DNA of 64,000 nt, from NCBI RefSeq assembly GCF_006345805.1, contig NC_042997.1:64914001-64978000 (forward strand). Direction: 5' to 3'. The notes beneath the pieces were generated by a model. The model did no database searches and had not been told where the DNA came from. It worked only from the letters and a program-made list of their open reading frames with translations. Made by a program: the position numbers and the translations under genes. This DNA comes from Octopus sinensis. Its lineage: Eukaryota. The stretch's first letter is position 1, and every line of letters begins with the position of its first letter. This document shows positions 51,345-64,000 of the stretch, one piece after another.

Positions 51345-52329
51345 TGCAGGCCTGGCTGCTGGGGGTGTTTGTCTCCCCCTTCGTAAATGTATATAAGGAC
51401 ACAGGAAAAATGTGTCGAAGCCAGCAGGAAGCGTCGATGCTTCCTAGGGCTAAACAGTGGGAGTGTAACCCCCTACTGTCATGTTCACGTTAGAGAGAGA
51501 ATTTACTTTCGGTAAACTATTATTGGCGACATTTGCAGCTTCAAATCGCTATATCTCATATGAAATACATACTGAATAAATATTCGTCCATTGTCATGTC
51601 TAGTAATAATCATTTTTTAAAATACAGTTACCTTCTTGATCAACACACACATGCCTATTCCCGCAATTTTTGTTTATACCGTTGCATATATAAATATAGA
51701 TATGTGTGTGTGTGTGTGCCTGTGTGTTTATGCGTGTGCCTGTGTGAGTGATAGTATTTGTGTGGTAAGAGTAACTTGGAACTTGTAGCAACGACGTACT
51801 CACAACTACAGATTACCTATGCGATGTACTTCACTTCTCAGTTGTCTTCATTGAATATAATATATAGTTTATGACGGGCAAGAATTGTGAAGAGTCTGGG
51901 CCTTCAGCTACGAATTGCAGGTGTAAATCTCAGTAAGGTAACTCTTCAGATAAACAGATATGGCTTTCAATAACTGTGGTAGAGTGTCTTTTTATATAAA
52001 TGAGTCTTTATTCAGACATGCTCTGCCAGCAATCCGAACTATACGCCTGCTGATGTGTTGAGAGTATGCTTCAACTTATCTTATATTTGGATACGAGACG
52101 AACAATCTCAGCTTTCCATCCAAAATGAGGGATGGACTCACTAGACGTGCCTTAACATCCCAGGTTGAAAACATTTTAATTTAGATGAAGAATTTATCAA
52201 CTAGCAGTTGAAATTTACTCACAAAAATGTAACTATATTTTACACAAATGTTACTGGTTTGCAAAGGTAACAGCGTAGTACAATGGTATAAATTTTACAT
52301 TATGGTTGGTAGTAATATTCCTGCTAAAA

Positions 52330-52643
52330 TTTTCAATAGAATTTTCTATCCTCTTCAGCATAATAGTATTCCTCGCCCACTAAACACAAATACAGAAAGA
52401 AAGAGTGGTATGATGCTGCAACATTTAGATGCACCAAACCATATTTATGCCACTAGATATGTTGCGAAAGTCATCATGGAAAATATGATGGAAGCAATCA
52501 ATATAACAGCTTGTGCCAAAGAATACCTTATGATTCCACAGTTTTCCTTCGCAAGAGATATTGTATTTCAGTTCAAACGCCGTATATTTCTAGTGGCGAT
52601 GTCTCTTTCGATAACAATCAACAAATCTTATGCTAAAGCATGA
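52330..52643 (+). pseudogene. Helitron PIF1 helicase fragment
   Basis: MLQHLDAPNHIYATRYVAKVIMENMMEAINITACAKEYLMIPQ...FQFKRRIFLVAMSLSITINKS aligns to MLLRNLDAPKLCNGTRL...FKRLQFPV.LAFAMTINKS. Confidence 0.8.
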
Positions 52644-53858
52644 AATACAATAATATTCCAATTCTTTTTATTTATTTTTTTAGGTGTTCATGATATTCCT
52701 TCTGGAATTTGATTACCTATTTACTGATATTTTTCATCTGATAAATAGTTACATAATGAATATTGTTATAGAAACCTTTTCAACAGCAACTCTTTATCTT
52801 CTCTGTGAACCTTGGTGCAACTTTGTTTTACTTCATATACAGGTCTAGGTCAGTGCATATCCATGTAGGCTTGTCTGTGCTTATATTTGTGAATGTGTGT
52901 AACAGATATGGATTGGTGGAATCTTTAGAGAAAAGACAAGGGCCATTTTAGGAGTAAGGCATGTCAATGTAAGAGAATTGTACACTAATTTTCACAATAG
53001 GCAAAAGCCCTTTCAAATTCTATTAAAATACTTTTCCCAATGTATAAGAAGTCATAATTTTAAAATTATTTCTTGGATCATATCTAACCAAATGTTAAAC
53101 AAATATTATGATATAATTATCTATATTGATAAAAGCAAAATTCTGTCTATCTGACTAGGACACCTCAATCTCAGTCTACATTTGCTCTTCATAGATATAT
53201 TCTACTTTTTTGGCATCAAGATTATCTCGGAATTGAAAATCTGCCCTTAATTTGGTTCTTGGACATACATCATTGGGATCCGATTTCGAAGCATTTGGGT
53301 TGCTATTTCTAGCAGGTAAAGCTTGGCTGATTCACGCCATCTTGGTTGACGTTTGTCAGATGACATCAGAGATCAAGGAGGGAGAGAAATTACATCCGCG
53401 TCATTAATTTTACGTCGAGATAATAACTCTAGGACAAATTGACCAACAGTTGGAATCAGTAGACTGATAGCATTACAGAATTAATTCCGTCCTTAACCTC
53501 TGATCAAACACCAATATAGTCATTTTAGATGAATTATAGTCGTGCTATTCAATTCGGTTTAGTTTTGAGTGGTAGGTCGAATTAGCCCTCCGCAGGTGCT
53601 ACCTTACAAGTTCGCACGGAATGCGGCTTTTAGAGAATAATATTGATAAACAGAAGAGCATACAAAGTTATGAACAAATGTAATATGTAGCATCGTATAA
53701 CTACTGTTTGGATATATAATCTCTTGCGATTTCAACAACTGCCTTTGGTATTCATTATGAAACTATATCGAATATTCAACAACAGGCTGAGGCATTCCTC
53801 TCAATGATGAAATACGATCCATCATGACATTTGAAATTTAATAATACATTCATAGTTG

Positions 53859-53897
<39 letters not shown>

Positions 53898-54100
53898 CGT
53901 GTATACATATTTATTTCTACATCTCTCTCTCTTTCTCTCTCTATATATATATATTTATATTTATATATATTTATACATATATAAATATATATCTATTTAT
54001 ATATTAAGTTAGACATGGCCTGGACCAATCTTTGGTCGAAACATATCTAAGTTTTATATATATATGTAAATATAATATGTGACAATTATTCGGTAGCCTT

Positions 54101-54161
54101 GATAAAACTCCGAGTTTCGGATATCGGGGCGGAAACCCACGGCGCCATCTCTTCAGTTATC
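54101..54161 (-). ncRNA. Type I hammerhead-like motif in a (TA)n-flanked short repeat
   Basis: Minus strand reads GATAA-CTGAAGA-GAT...ATCC-GAAAC-TCGGA-GTT-TTATC. A second, more decayed motif (GACCAA-TCT-TTGGTC-GAAAC) lies at 54008-54050 on plus. Confidence 0.6.
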
Positions 54162-54399
54162 CGGCTGTAAATAAATGCTATGAAAATGACCGTTAAACAA
54201 ATGGAAATTACCTTGTGATTGATCCTTGTTAAGACAAAAGAGCTATTAGAAAGATCCCTAAGTGAGGGGAGGGAGTAAAGGTAAGGGAATAAAAATATTC
54301 ACAGTATTCGCGTAAGCGCGCATGCCCATACCTACACATGCACGCCCGCCTGTGTGTCGGAATTGGAATAAGTTTAATAACACTTGTGCTAATTTCATG

Positions 54400-54435
<36 letters not shown>

Positions 54436-54442
54436 ATATATA

Positions 54443-54494
<52 letters not shown>

Positions 54495-54591
54495 GTGTGT
54501 CGGAATTGAAATAAGTTTAATAACACCTGTGTTTAATTTCATTTACATAAATATATATATATAATATATATAATATATTATAATATATATA

Positions 54592-54650
<59 letters not shown>

Positions 54651-54695
54651 ATATATAATATAATATATATATATAATATATAATATATATATATA

Positions 54696-54739
<44 letters not shown>

Positions 54740-54799
54740 TACAAAAAGATTTTAAAAAGTGTTCATTGACTCCATCTCATAGATGCCTTTCTAATCAGT

Positions 54800-55720
54800 T
54801 TTCAAGCTAATTCTGAATTTGTTTTTGAAAATGTCAATATTAATCTATACATTTATTCATATTGTCTGGCACGCATGCATTTTTGATCAATTTTTCCGCC
54901 TTATCTGTAAAATGAACCTCTTATACATCTACTTGTAATAGTTACTTATTTTGTTCGTTGGTTTTGAGTAAATCTTTCATCTCTTCAAAAGAAAGTGTAT
55001 ATTTACTTTTACGGAACCAGTATACTTACATATGTAGTCTAAGATCAGATGATTTATCTTCAGTAAGGATTTGTGTAACTAGTGTTGCAGACGAGATGCT
55101 CTAACAGTGATGATTACTTTTATAACAAAACTCACGACATGCCTAAATATATGCATTTTACCATTGCCAAGCTCCTTGAGAGTTAGGCCAATAAAATGCT
55201 ATAATGTTTGGAATGGATTCGTGTACTGTACGAAAATAAATGTTTCGACACTATCAAAGATTGCTAGTGTCTCTTTAGTGGAAATTGCAGAATGCATGTA
55301 CAGAAGCATATAGTTTGAATGTTCTATGGCTATATTCAACTGGTGTTTACTGCATCATATGCAATATTTTCAATGTCTCTTCTTGTGTAGAGGAGCTACT
55401 AAATATGCTTACAACGTCTATCAGCTGTGCTGTTTGATATATATATATATGCTGAACCATCAAATTATAGTGAGAAGTAGTCACATTTTATCAAGTCGTT
55501 CTTCAGCTGAATGTGCATGTCAGTTGAAATTACAAGTACTATTCGTATAAAAGTGTTGTCTGATAACTGTAAGTCTTGCTGACATAATCTCACAGGTGGT
55601 AGAATATCCATTAAATAACCTATCATCGCCATTCAAGAAGGCTTCTTTTAACAACACGCATCTTCTCATATCTTGTTTTCTTTCTTGCGTGTAAATGAGA
55701 AATGTGAAAGAATCAATCTT
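54800..55720 (-). pseudogene. hAT (Buster/SPIN, GTF2IRD2-like) transposase relic
   Basis: Minus-strand translation LLKEAFLNG...MHIQLKNDLIKCDYFSL*FDGS...TAQL matches the QL...FSLQ.DESTD...AQL motif. Heavily decayed. Confidence 0.7.
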
Positions 55721-57494
55721 GGCATTTTTAGATTTTCTTATGTTAACAACTACAACACGAGTGTTAAGTACACAGAACTAATTTTCATTTCTTTAATTCT
55801 GTCTTATTTTATTTTAGACTGGGTGGATGTTATTAAAAAAAGATAGACGTGCGATTAGACTAAAAATGGTGTTCAATATTATTTATATATACTGCTCCTA
55901 CGCCACCACAAAATCAACAACTATATTTGTCTTTTAACGTTAAAGTTATGCGGTTTTATTTTTGTCTTCATTTGAGCCGCTCTTTAAAATGAAATATATT
56001 ACAACACAGGAGACATGAAATATAGGCACTGATTAACTATTTGTCACACTAAAGTGCAATTTCTATTCTTTTGTATTTCCGCTGCATAACGTTGCGAACG
56101 GAACGTACGAAATTTATATCTAATAAATGCTGTTTAATTATCCATTTCATAGGATAACAAAATTAAAGTTGTTTGTTCGATGCCATTCGTCAATGCTGGT
56201 GTTACTGACAATTTAAAGATAATATGAATACCGATTTCAATAAAATATTTCCTTTTACTTGCGTACATCTTAGTACTGTACTTGTACTTTTAAATTTTGT
56301 TTGCTAACATTTTTCGGACCACAAAGGAAACAATCTATGAAGTCTAATGCATTTAAAAAGTTCAAAATATATATAATACCTTAAAACAGTTATGAAAATA
56401 TCAATGACAGACAGTCAATGGGTTGCATATTCAAAAGGGTTGAGGAGTATAATGCGTCCATGAGCACAAAGAGGAAACATCTGCTCTAAAATCTTCGCTT
56501 GCTTTCATGTACTTTATTTAGTCGCTTCGTTTTCTTAGTGTAAATGTCACTATTACTTTTTTCCTCTGATATCTATCAATCATTATTGCTTCTCTCCAAC
56601 CCGGAGCTATGTATGGTTTTGAACATATAGTGTTGGATTTGAAGGAGATTTTACAAATAGATTGAACAAGCTGAACCACTGTGTAAAATTTGCATTCTTG
56701 AATCACATTTACAGAGGATATTATCAATTATATCCAACATCAATACTAGAGGATTTTCAATTCACATAAATCAATCTTAATTTTATTCATAAGGTTTTCT
56801 GTTCTCTACACAACTTGTAAATTGACTTTCGATGTTTTGGATAAGTCTGTTCTTATGTTCATTTCGACAAGCCAAATATTATGATATACTTTTGAAGTGA
56901 AGCGCATAGAAACACACAAGGGCTGTTCGATTTGGAAACCCCAATATGTAAGACTATATTGTTTCCCTGTGATAGCAGATATACATCAAATTGATTGTGT
57001 GTATGTGTGTGCGCGTGCGCGCATGTGTGTGTATACACATATATATTCTTCAGTCTTTTGAGAAAAGCAATTTTTTTCCATATGAAGTGTCACACAAATG
57101 AAATTATATTATATATATATATATATACATTGCTTATGTCAAAAGTATACGTCTCCTCTTCTGTGATCAACGGAGATCATGAACTAACCCGAAGTTAACA
57201 CGAATATAGAAATACATGCATGCATAAATACTATATTCAACTCACATACACACGCTCACACCTACAAGCCCACACACATGCCTGCACGCACATACACGTT
57301 CATATATATATATATATATATACGTTTAAATATTTGTTGTGCAAGATTTTTTATGTGAAGTCGTGTGTTGAAACAGATATTGTTATATTTCGGAATGGTC
57401 ATATTGCCAGTGTAGCCAACACACGCACTATATATTTGGTGTTATTTTGCTTCAGTGATATTTATTTTTTACATTAATCTTAATCTTATTTCGG

Positions 57495-57534
57495 CCAAAG
57501 TTCTTTCGTCACACTCTTGTGACCGCATCAGTGG
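57495..57534 (-). ncRNA. Hammerhead-like motif in the Penelope pLTR
   Basis: Minus strand reads CCA-CTGATGC-G-GTCAC-AAGAGT-GTGAC-GAAAG-AA-CTT-TGG, on the same strand as the PLE ORF. The core deviates (A9->C). Confidence 0.5.
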
Positions 57535-58008
57535 TCCTTTGTTTTCTTCTCACTTATTTGTGTCTCTCCTTACTAACCGTCAGCCATTTTGTATTTCTAT
57601 TGTATGTCTTCATTTGCGCATGTTTATATCTCTATGTGCGTCTATGTTTATTTAGTGTGTGGGGGGGGGATGCCTGTAATATTTGTATCTTCTGTTTATA
57701 TACATTCTTGTAATTTGTATTTTGTTTTTGTTGTTGTTGCTTTTGTTCTAATTTTGTTCATGTGTTTACATCCACCCATTATTATCATTACATATGCTTG
57801 TATGTATAACAACAATATTAGTAATAATAATAATAAATCTAATCGAAAAAAAAATATATATTTATATATATACACACATATATACACATATACATATATA
57901 TATATATATACACATATACATACATAGATATATATACATATATATAGTTATTCATTTCTATTTGTTTATTTATCTGTGTATTTATTATGCTTTCAGGATC
58001 CTCTATCG

Positions 58009-59180
58009 TCATATGTTGTGGTGTGTGCTATTGCTCCATTCTAGTTTTCTATTCAGGCTAGGTTTATTTTCTATTATATGTGTAGCTTCTGTAATTTGTC
58101 TAATTGTTGCATCTGTTCTATGTGTGGACAATATCTTAATCTCTATGTTATTGATTGATCCCCCGTGTTCCTGTTCGGCGTGTTGGTACAGAATCGATGA
58201 GCTTTTACCTTCCTTGAGTTGTCTCCAATGTTCATTCACCCGCTCTCCAATGCTTCTTGCTGTTTCCCCTACGTATGTTACTGTCTTGTTACTGCATCGT
58301 TCCTCTATACATCTTATACTATAGACTACATTTCTGGCTTTACAGTTTGTTTGTGGGCTAAATCTACATACAGTGCAATAGTTATCCGTACAGAGGGTTC
58401 TACTAAAAGGATAGGTTCTACCAATTATAGATCTGATAGGGTTGCCTGGCTTTTCAACAACCTTAATTCTTAGTTTAAGTTTATCTAGGGTCCTTCTAAA
58501 GCGGTACGCCAGTTCACCTCCAGGGGTGGTGTCAACGAACATGACACTCTGGTATTTATGGCTATCATACCAAGAGTTGGCCTTCCCTATTTTCTTTTTT
58601 GTCCTTTCTATAGTGTTCCATGACTTGTTCCTATAGATTGGGCAAATCCCATTCCTATCATTACATAATATATTATCAAATTTCTTCATGGCTCCTTTGT
58701 ATACTCTGATCCTTTCTTTATGGCTGTACCTGAGAACTGCATGCGGTGAATGAAATACTGTATGTGTCTCTTTAATTCTGTAGGCTCGCACATGCGTGAC
58801 ACATTTCTCATTATTCTGACGAGGTCTGCCATCAAAATATTGAATTTGGCATTGCCCGCAATGGCTGAGTTCCGGTGGATCAGGTATTTTGAGGCCATAG
58901 GTTTTGCATAGTATGAATGAAGGATTTGGGTTTTATTTTTCACAATTTCTAGCCAGAGTTCAGTGTCTAGTACTGGTAGTCTATGGTTGGAGTGTTTAGT
59001 GGGGTAGTCTATTGTGACCTTAATACTCTGGTGGATGGAGTTAGCTATTTGCTGGATGCTCTCCATAGTATTAGTTTCTATTACTATATCAACATTACTC
59101 TCTGGTGGGGGTGCCTTTACTACTATGTTGATATCATCAACATAGCGAGAGTACATGTTTACAAGTATGGATTTCTGTAA
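58009..59180 (-). pseudogene. Penelope RT (C-terminal half) plus GIY-YIG endonuclease, one frameshift near 58730
   Basis: RT motifs YSRYVDDI, LPVLDTEL and YYAKPMASKYLIHRNSA. Linker CTDNYCTVC...C. Endonuclease NVVYSIRC...TYVGETARSIGERVNEH...RQITEA..I...KPSLN. Confidence 0.92.
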
Positions 59181-59289
59181 TGTAAGATTAATGCAAAAAA
59201 TAAATATCACTGAAGCAAAATAACACCAAATATATAGTGCGTGTGTTTTTATTGGCTAAACTGGCAATATGATCATTCCGAGATATAAC

Positions 59290-59363
<74 letters not shown>

Positions 59364-62116
59364 ATATATATATATGTATGTATGCATGCATGTGTATATG
59401 TATGTATGCCTGTACGTATGTATGTATGTATGTATGTATGTATGTATAGGTACAGTCTGCTGATAGCAATGATCAATTTCGACACCTAGGTTGAGCTCTT
59501 CACCTTAACACCATTATTTCTATAACTAAAGCATAATGTTTCTAAATTCATGTCCAATTTCTCTTCAATGAAAATATTTGTATCTGTGTGTGTGTGAAAG
59601 TATGTGTGTGTTTGTTGGTGTGTATGTGCGAACGCGTATGCGTTTGTGTGTATGTGGCGCGCGCGCGTGTGCTTGTGTATGTTTGTGAATTTGCATTCTA
59701 ATTTCGACTGCGAATATTCCACGCAAATCCAGACTTAATTTCATCACTGCAAAATCTATAGGGAAGATATAAGAAAATGTTATCAATATTCACATGACAA
59801 AGATAAAACTACCATTTCGATCTGACTCGTTTCTTTGGGATAAATGCGAATGTCGGAATGTATTTACACTGCATTCTAGATCCTCCAAGGAGGATTCACA
59901 GAATTTTCATAATCTAAATCGTTTTCTAAACCTTACGCAGCGTCGTATTAATGCGGAATAATTTCAAAAATGAACTGAAAGTTGATGTTCCTTTGGAGGA
60001 ATGTTATTCATAAACCAATGATATTTTGCACGACGTTTCATTACAGACTCCAGTTATCTATGAGAGGTAAGTATTTAGAGGAAGATACTGCCATCAAAAT
60101 AGTCTCCACGTAGTCACTAATCTCATCGGAAGATGCGGGTATGTCTCTAGGAAATCGCACTACTCAGCCTAGAGAAAAAATGTAGTTTAGATACTCCTAA
60201 AAGACTTCCTAGCTGAAATGCTTTCGATTAAAAAGTTTTCTCAATTTGAGGCTCAATAACATAGAGCTGGCAGAGATTTTTCCATTTGATAGTAATACCC
60301 CTCCAATTGTAGTTATATGAGGGTGGGAGTCTGGAACCTTTTAATAACTGCTTATTTTTTCTTAAAAGTTGATAATATATTTTCAAATTATATTTTTCGC
60401 GACAGTCCTATTGTGCTTTTAAGTCAAATCAAACTTCACCAATTATAGAGATTCCTTTTTTCCTTATATTTACTTTGCTTTAATTAATCCTCAGTATATT
60501 TTTGTTATCACGCCCGTTACACTGTAATTCAAAATGAAGGCTTTTCACCAAAATGTCACAAATTATTATAAAATTTAGAAAGTTTGTGTGACATTCTCCC
60601 TCTTTCGGCAATCGAAGTACATATTATTCATTTATAATACTTAAGTATTTTTGACTTAAATTAATTTTTCATTTGACAAGTTTTCATTAGAAAACTGTGT
60701 GAAATAGCATTTCGTTATAAAGCACCTTGTAAAAATATTATACTACACTGTAGTTCGATTTGATTTCGTAAGTATACTTGACATTTAATTAGCAAGTGTG
60801 TTGATGTGTAAATATGTATAAATGTCACTATAGAAATGTATAACAATGTATGACTATGCAGTATTTCACAAAGACATTTTAAGGCAATGATATGTCTGGC
60901 GCTAAATTTTTTGTTAATGCTTACCTAGTGGATGAACTTTTGTCATAGCGCTTCCGCCATTCGCCAGTAAAAATGTTAAGTACTGATGGAAACGTGATGA
61001 ATAATTTGTTACTATTCGGAATATTTACCAACTTATTTATTCTACATTTACAATGTGATATAATGTCTGCTTATTCGAACTTTCTGGATTTATTTTACAT
61101 ACTTGACTCTTATTTATTTAGAAATATTTCATCTCATACATCTATCCTCATTATCATAATGCGTTTAGAAAGAATTTATAAAACATACTTAAAATAAAGA
61201 AACGTGTCAGAAGAAATATTTCTAAATACAACAGTGTTAAATATCCTTAAAAGTCTGTACAAGTGCAGCCTTTTTAAGAAGACAGGGTAAAGGCCAATTT
61301 TTTGAGGAGGGTGTGAAGATAAAAGTCTCCTGTTAGTGAATGAATGACTTTTTAACGAGATTTAAAAAATATGTACCAATATGATGTTAACCTAAAACTA
61401 TATTAATTCATGCTATGCAGTACCTGATTAGTGTTATTAAAATAAGAAATATAACGTAAAATGTTATTCAAATTAAAGAGTGAAGTCATCATTATATATT
61501 AAAGAATGAAATCATCATTACGTTTTCAAATAACTCTGCTATTCAAAACTTCTAAAGATATCTCATTCCTATCACGGCTTTCGTGACGTTCAGTTGTTTG
61601 CTATATTTATCATTATAATTGGTGATACATACGAATCTCTTGATTAAATCAGGTAACATATCTACATATCCCTATTTTTCTCAATATATTTGAAAGAATC
61701 TATTACATTCTTATTTGATCAGAATTGGTTGTGTACATCGGAGTATTTATTGCATTTTCTATATGAAGTAAGCAATAACTTTTAATTCCCCCAGGAACAT
61801 TACGGCGTTATGTTCTACTAGAGCTACATATAAGCTGTGGCAAATATCATAACATTTGTAAATGTTATAGCATTTACCATTTTTATTTTTGAAACATGTG
61901 CTCAAATACACAGGTAAATAAAATGCATCCTTGCATGCATTTGGAGATGATATCAGATCTTTGATGAAATAATATGTGGTGAGAGCCTTTACAGAACAGG
62001 ATATGAGTTACTGTTGACTAAATTTAAAGTAACACTCTTGGTGATAGCGTAATCGTTTAACTTTTAGTAGTTAATTTAAATGTAAGAATTATATCGCCTT
62101 GAAATTATATAAAATA

Positions 62117-62521
<405 letters not shown>

Positions 62522-64000
62522 GTGTGTGTGTGAGCGCGCGTGTGTGCTTGTATGTGTAAGCGTGTTTGTGTGAATTGAATATAGTATTTATGCATGTATC
62601 ATGAATATAAATTTAGGTAAATTGAATAGTGACACTTTCAGTTGATTTGCTGAATCACTAATTATATAGATGAAGTTTATTCAACTAATTATTTCAATTC
62701 AGTAATGGACTCTACATGCATGTAAACCAATACTAGAACATATTAATATCTAAGTAACACACATTAAATTCAGTACGTTTACACTTGAATGGTGTTCACT
62801 ACTGCTGAAATATTTCTGTAAATTGTACCCCATACAGACTGGGTGTAATCTAAGTTCATTACAAGTTTACAGACGTATGTTTTCCTAGTTATCTTCTTAT
62901 ATATCTTTCCCTATTTTCATGATCTGCGTCTTACATTCCCAATATACCTTTGTATGTTCCCTCTGCACTTGTCACTTTCTCTCTATCATTGCGTGGCGGT
63001 ACTAATGTTTAAAATAGTTAACTTAAGGTAATGCTAATAAAACGTTAGAGAAATGAGGATTAAATAAAGATTCCACTATGAGATACTGTTTCAACTATTA
63101 ATCGGCTTGGCAATGCAAAATCAATCAAAACTCAAATCTCCGGATCAGCAGAAATATGTTTGTTATAACCTTTTTAATTATTGATTTCTTTGACAAGTTC
63201 ACCTGTCAATGAATCGTATCAATCTATCACATATACCATTAATATCATAAGAAGGAAAGAGAGTCAGTAGGTTTATCATGATTAAAAATCACATCCATAC
63301 TAAATGAATGAAATGCAAAATCTGAAATTACAGAATTCAAATTAGGGTAAAACCAACCGTTGTAATGCAGCTACACTCTTCCTTTTATTTTCTTTAAAAC
63401 TATTTATTTAATATTTTTAGCCTTGTATAAACCATCCATTTTTTTGTCGGACGAAAAGAGTCACGTGTATAATATAACCAATACCTCTGGGAATCATAGG
63501 AGCATTAGTGATGTTATAACGTGATTTTCGTTTAAAACGAACATTTATCCTGTTGTGATTTATTATGCGCCAGGATATGCACATTTCCTCTATGGATTAC
63601 ACCTCACTTTCATGAATTACTGCCTGGAAAAAGGAAAAAAACTGAATTTGAGAGAAATAGGTTTGAAAATACCTGTCATCCCGAATTCATCATTTGTTCT
63701 ATCTATAGTACTTGTCAATTTTCCTGTTTCCTTATTGAATACTGATCTATTTCCGTAAATTTTAAAGCAATGACGCAAACATGTGCGTTATATAGTTATA
63801 TAGTCCAGTGAACCAATTTCGTTATATTAGCAATATTGTATCACAGAAATATAAGATTGATTCAACGGAATCGGCGCTTTTAACGCAAAGGTTCAGATAA
63901 ATTAGTACCATAGTGTATTTTAGACGTACATTATATACTTTCTGCCATGAACTGCCCCTAAATATTTATATTCAGTGATGCTTCAAGTATTAATAGGATG

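Larger units (their letters stand above)
48975..51492. mobile_element. Retrozyme-like insertion: inverted pair of greater-than-unit-length copies of a ~365-nt hammerhead-containing repeat, with 12-bp TSD
   Basis: Left arm is 48975-49272 plus 50921-51084 (hammerhead on minus), right arm is about 51081-51492 (hammerhead on plus). Each arm is terminally redundant with period 364-365. GAGAGAGAATTT occurs at 48963-48974 and 51493-51504. Confidence 0.8.
57380..59290 (-). mobile_element. Penelope-like retroelement (probably Neptune group), 5'-truncated with an inverted arm
   Basis: 57380-57485 and 59181-59290 are inverted copies. Internal RT and GIY-YIG ORFs, and a hammerhead-like motif in the 3' terminal repeat. 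Confidence 0.9.

Noticed and set aside
53120-53640. Possible further non-autonomous Helitron (A|TCTATATTGATAAAAG start)
   Set aside because: No convincing 3' hairpin-CTRR end, so the evidence is insufficient.
57794-58324. 176-aa plus-strand ORF, and similarly the plus-strand ORFs at 49393-50261
   Set aside because: Antisense shadows of the PLE endonuclease and ORF1 reading frames.

Overview
AT-rich eukaryotic DNA dense with microsatellites. The SINE families and repeat landscape resemble cephalopod (Octopus-like) intergenic or intronic sequence, which is an inference. No intact host gene could be supported. The window is a transposon graveyard containing Helitron pieces (TC...CTAG ends, PIF1 helicase relics), mariner/Tc1 and hAT relics, R4/Dong-type RLE retrotransposons, RTE fragments, SINEs, and two Penelope-like elements with GIY-YIG endonuclease and inverted terminal arms. 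The most notable structure is at 48963-51504. There a ~365-nt circularly permuted, hammerhead-ribozyme-bearing unit (retrozyme-like) is integrated as an inverted pair with a 12-bp target-site duplication. Inside it, a 1.63-kb ORF1-only (CCHC gag-like, Tx1/L1-type) element is inserted with a 15-bp TSD just upstream of the hammerhead. About a dozen minimal type I hammerhead-like motifs are spread across the window, many in short repeats embedded in (TA)n. All family assignments come from motifs read by eye; no searches or folding programs were run.
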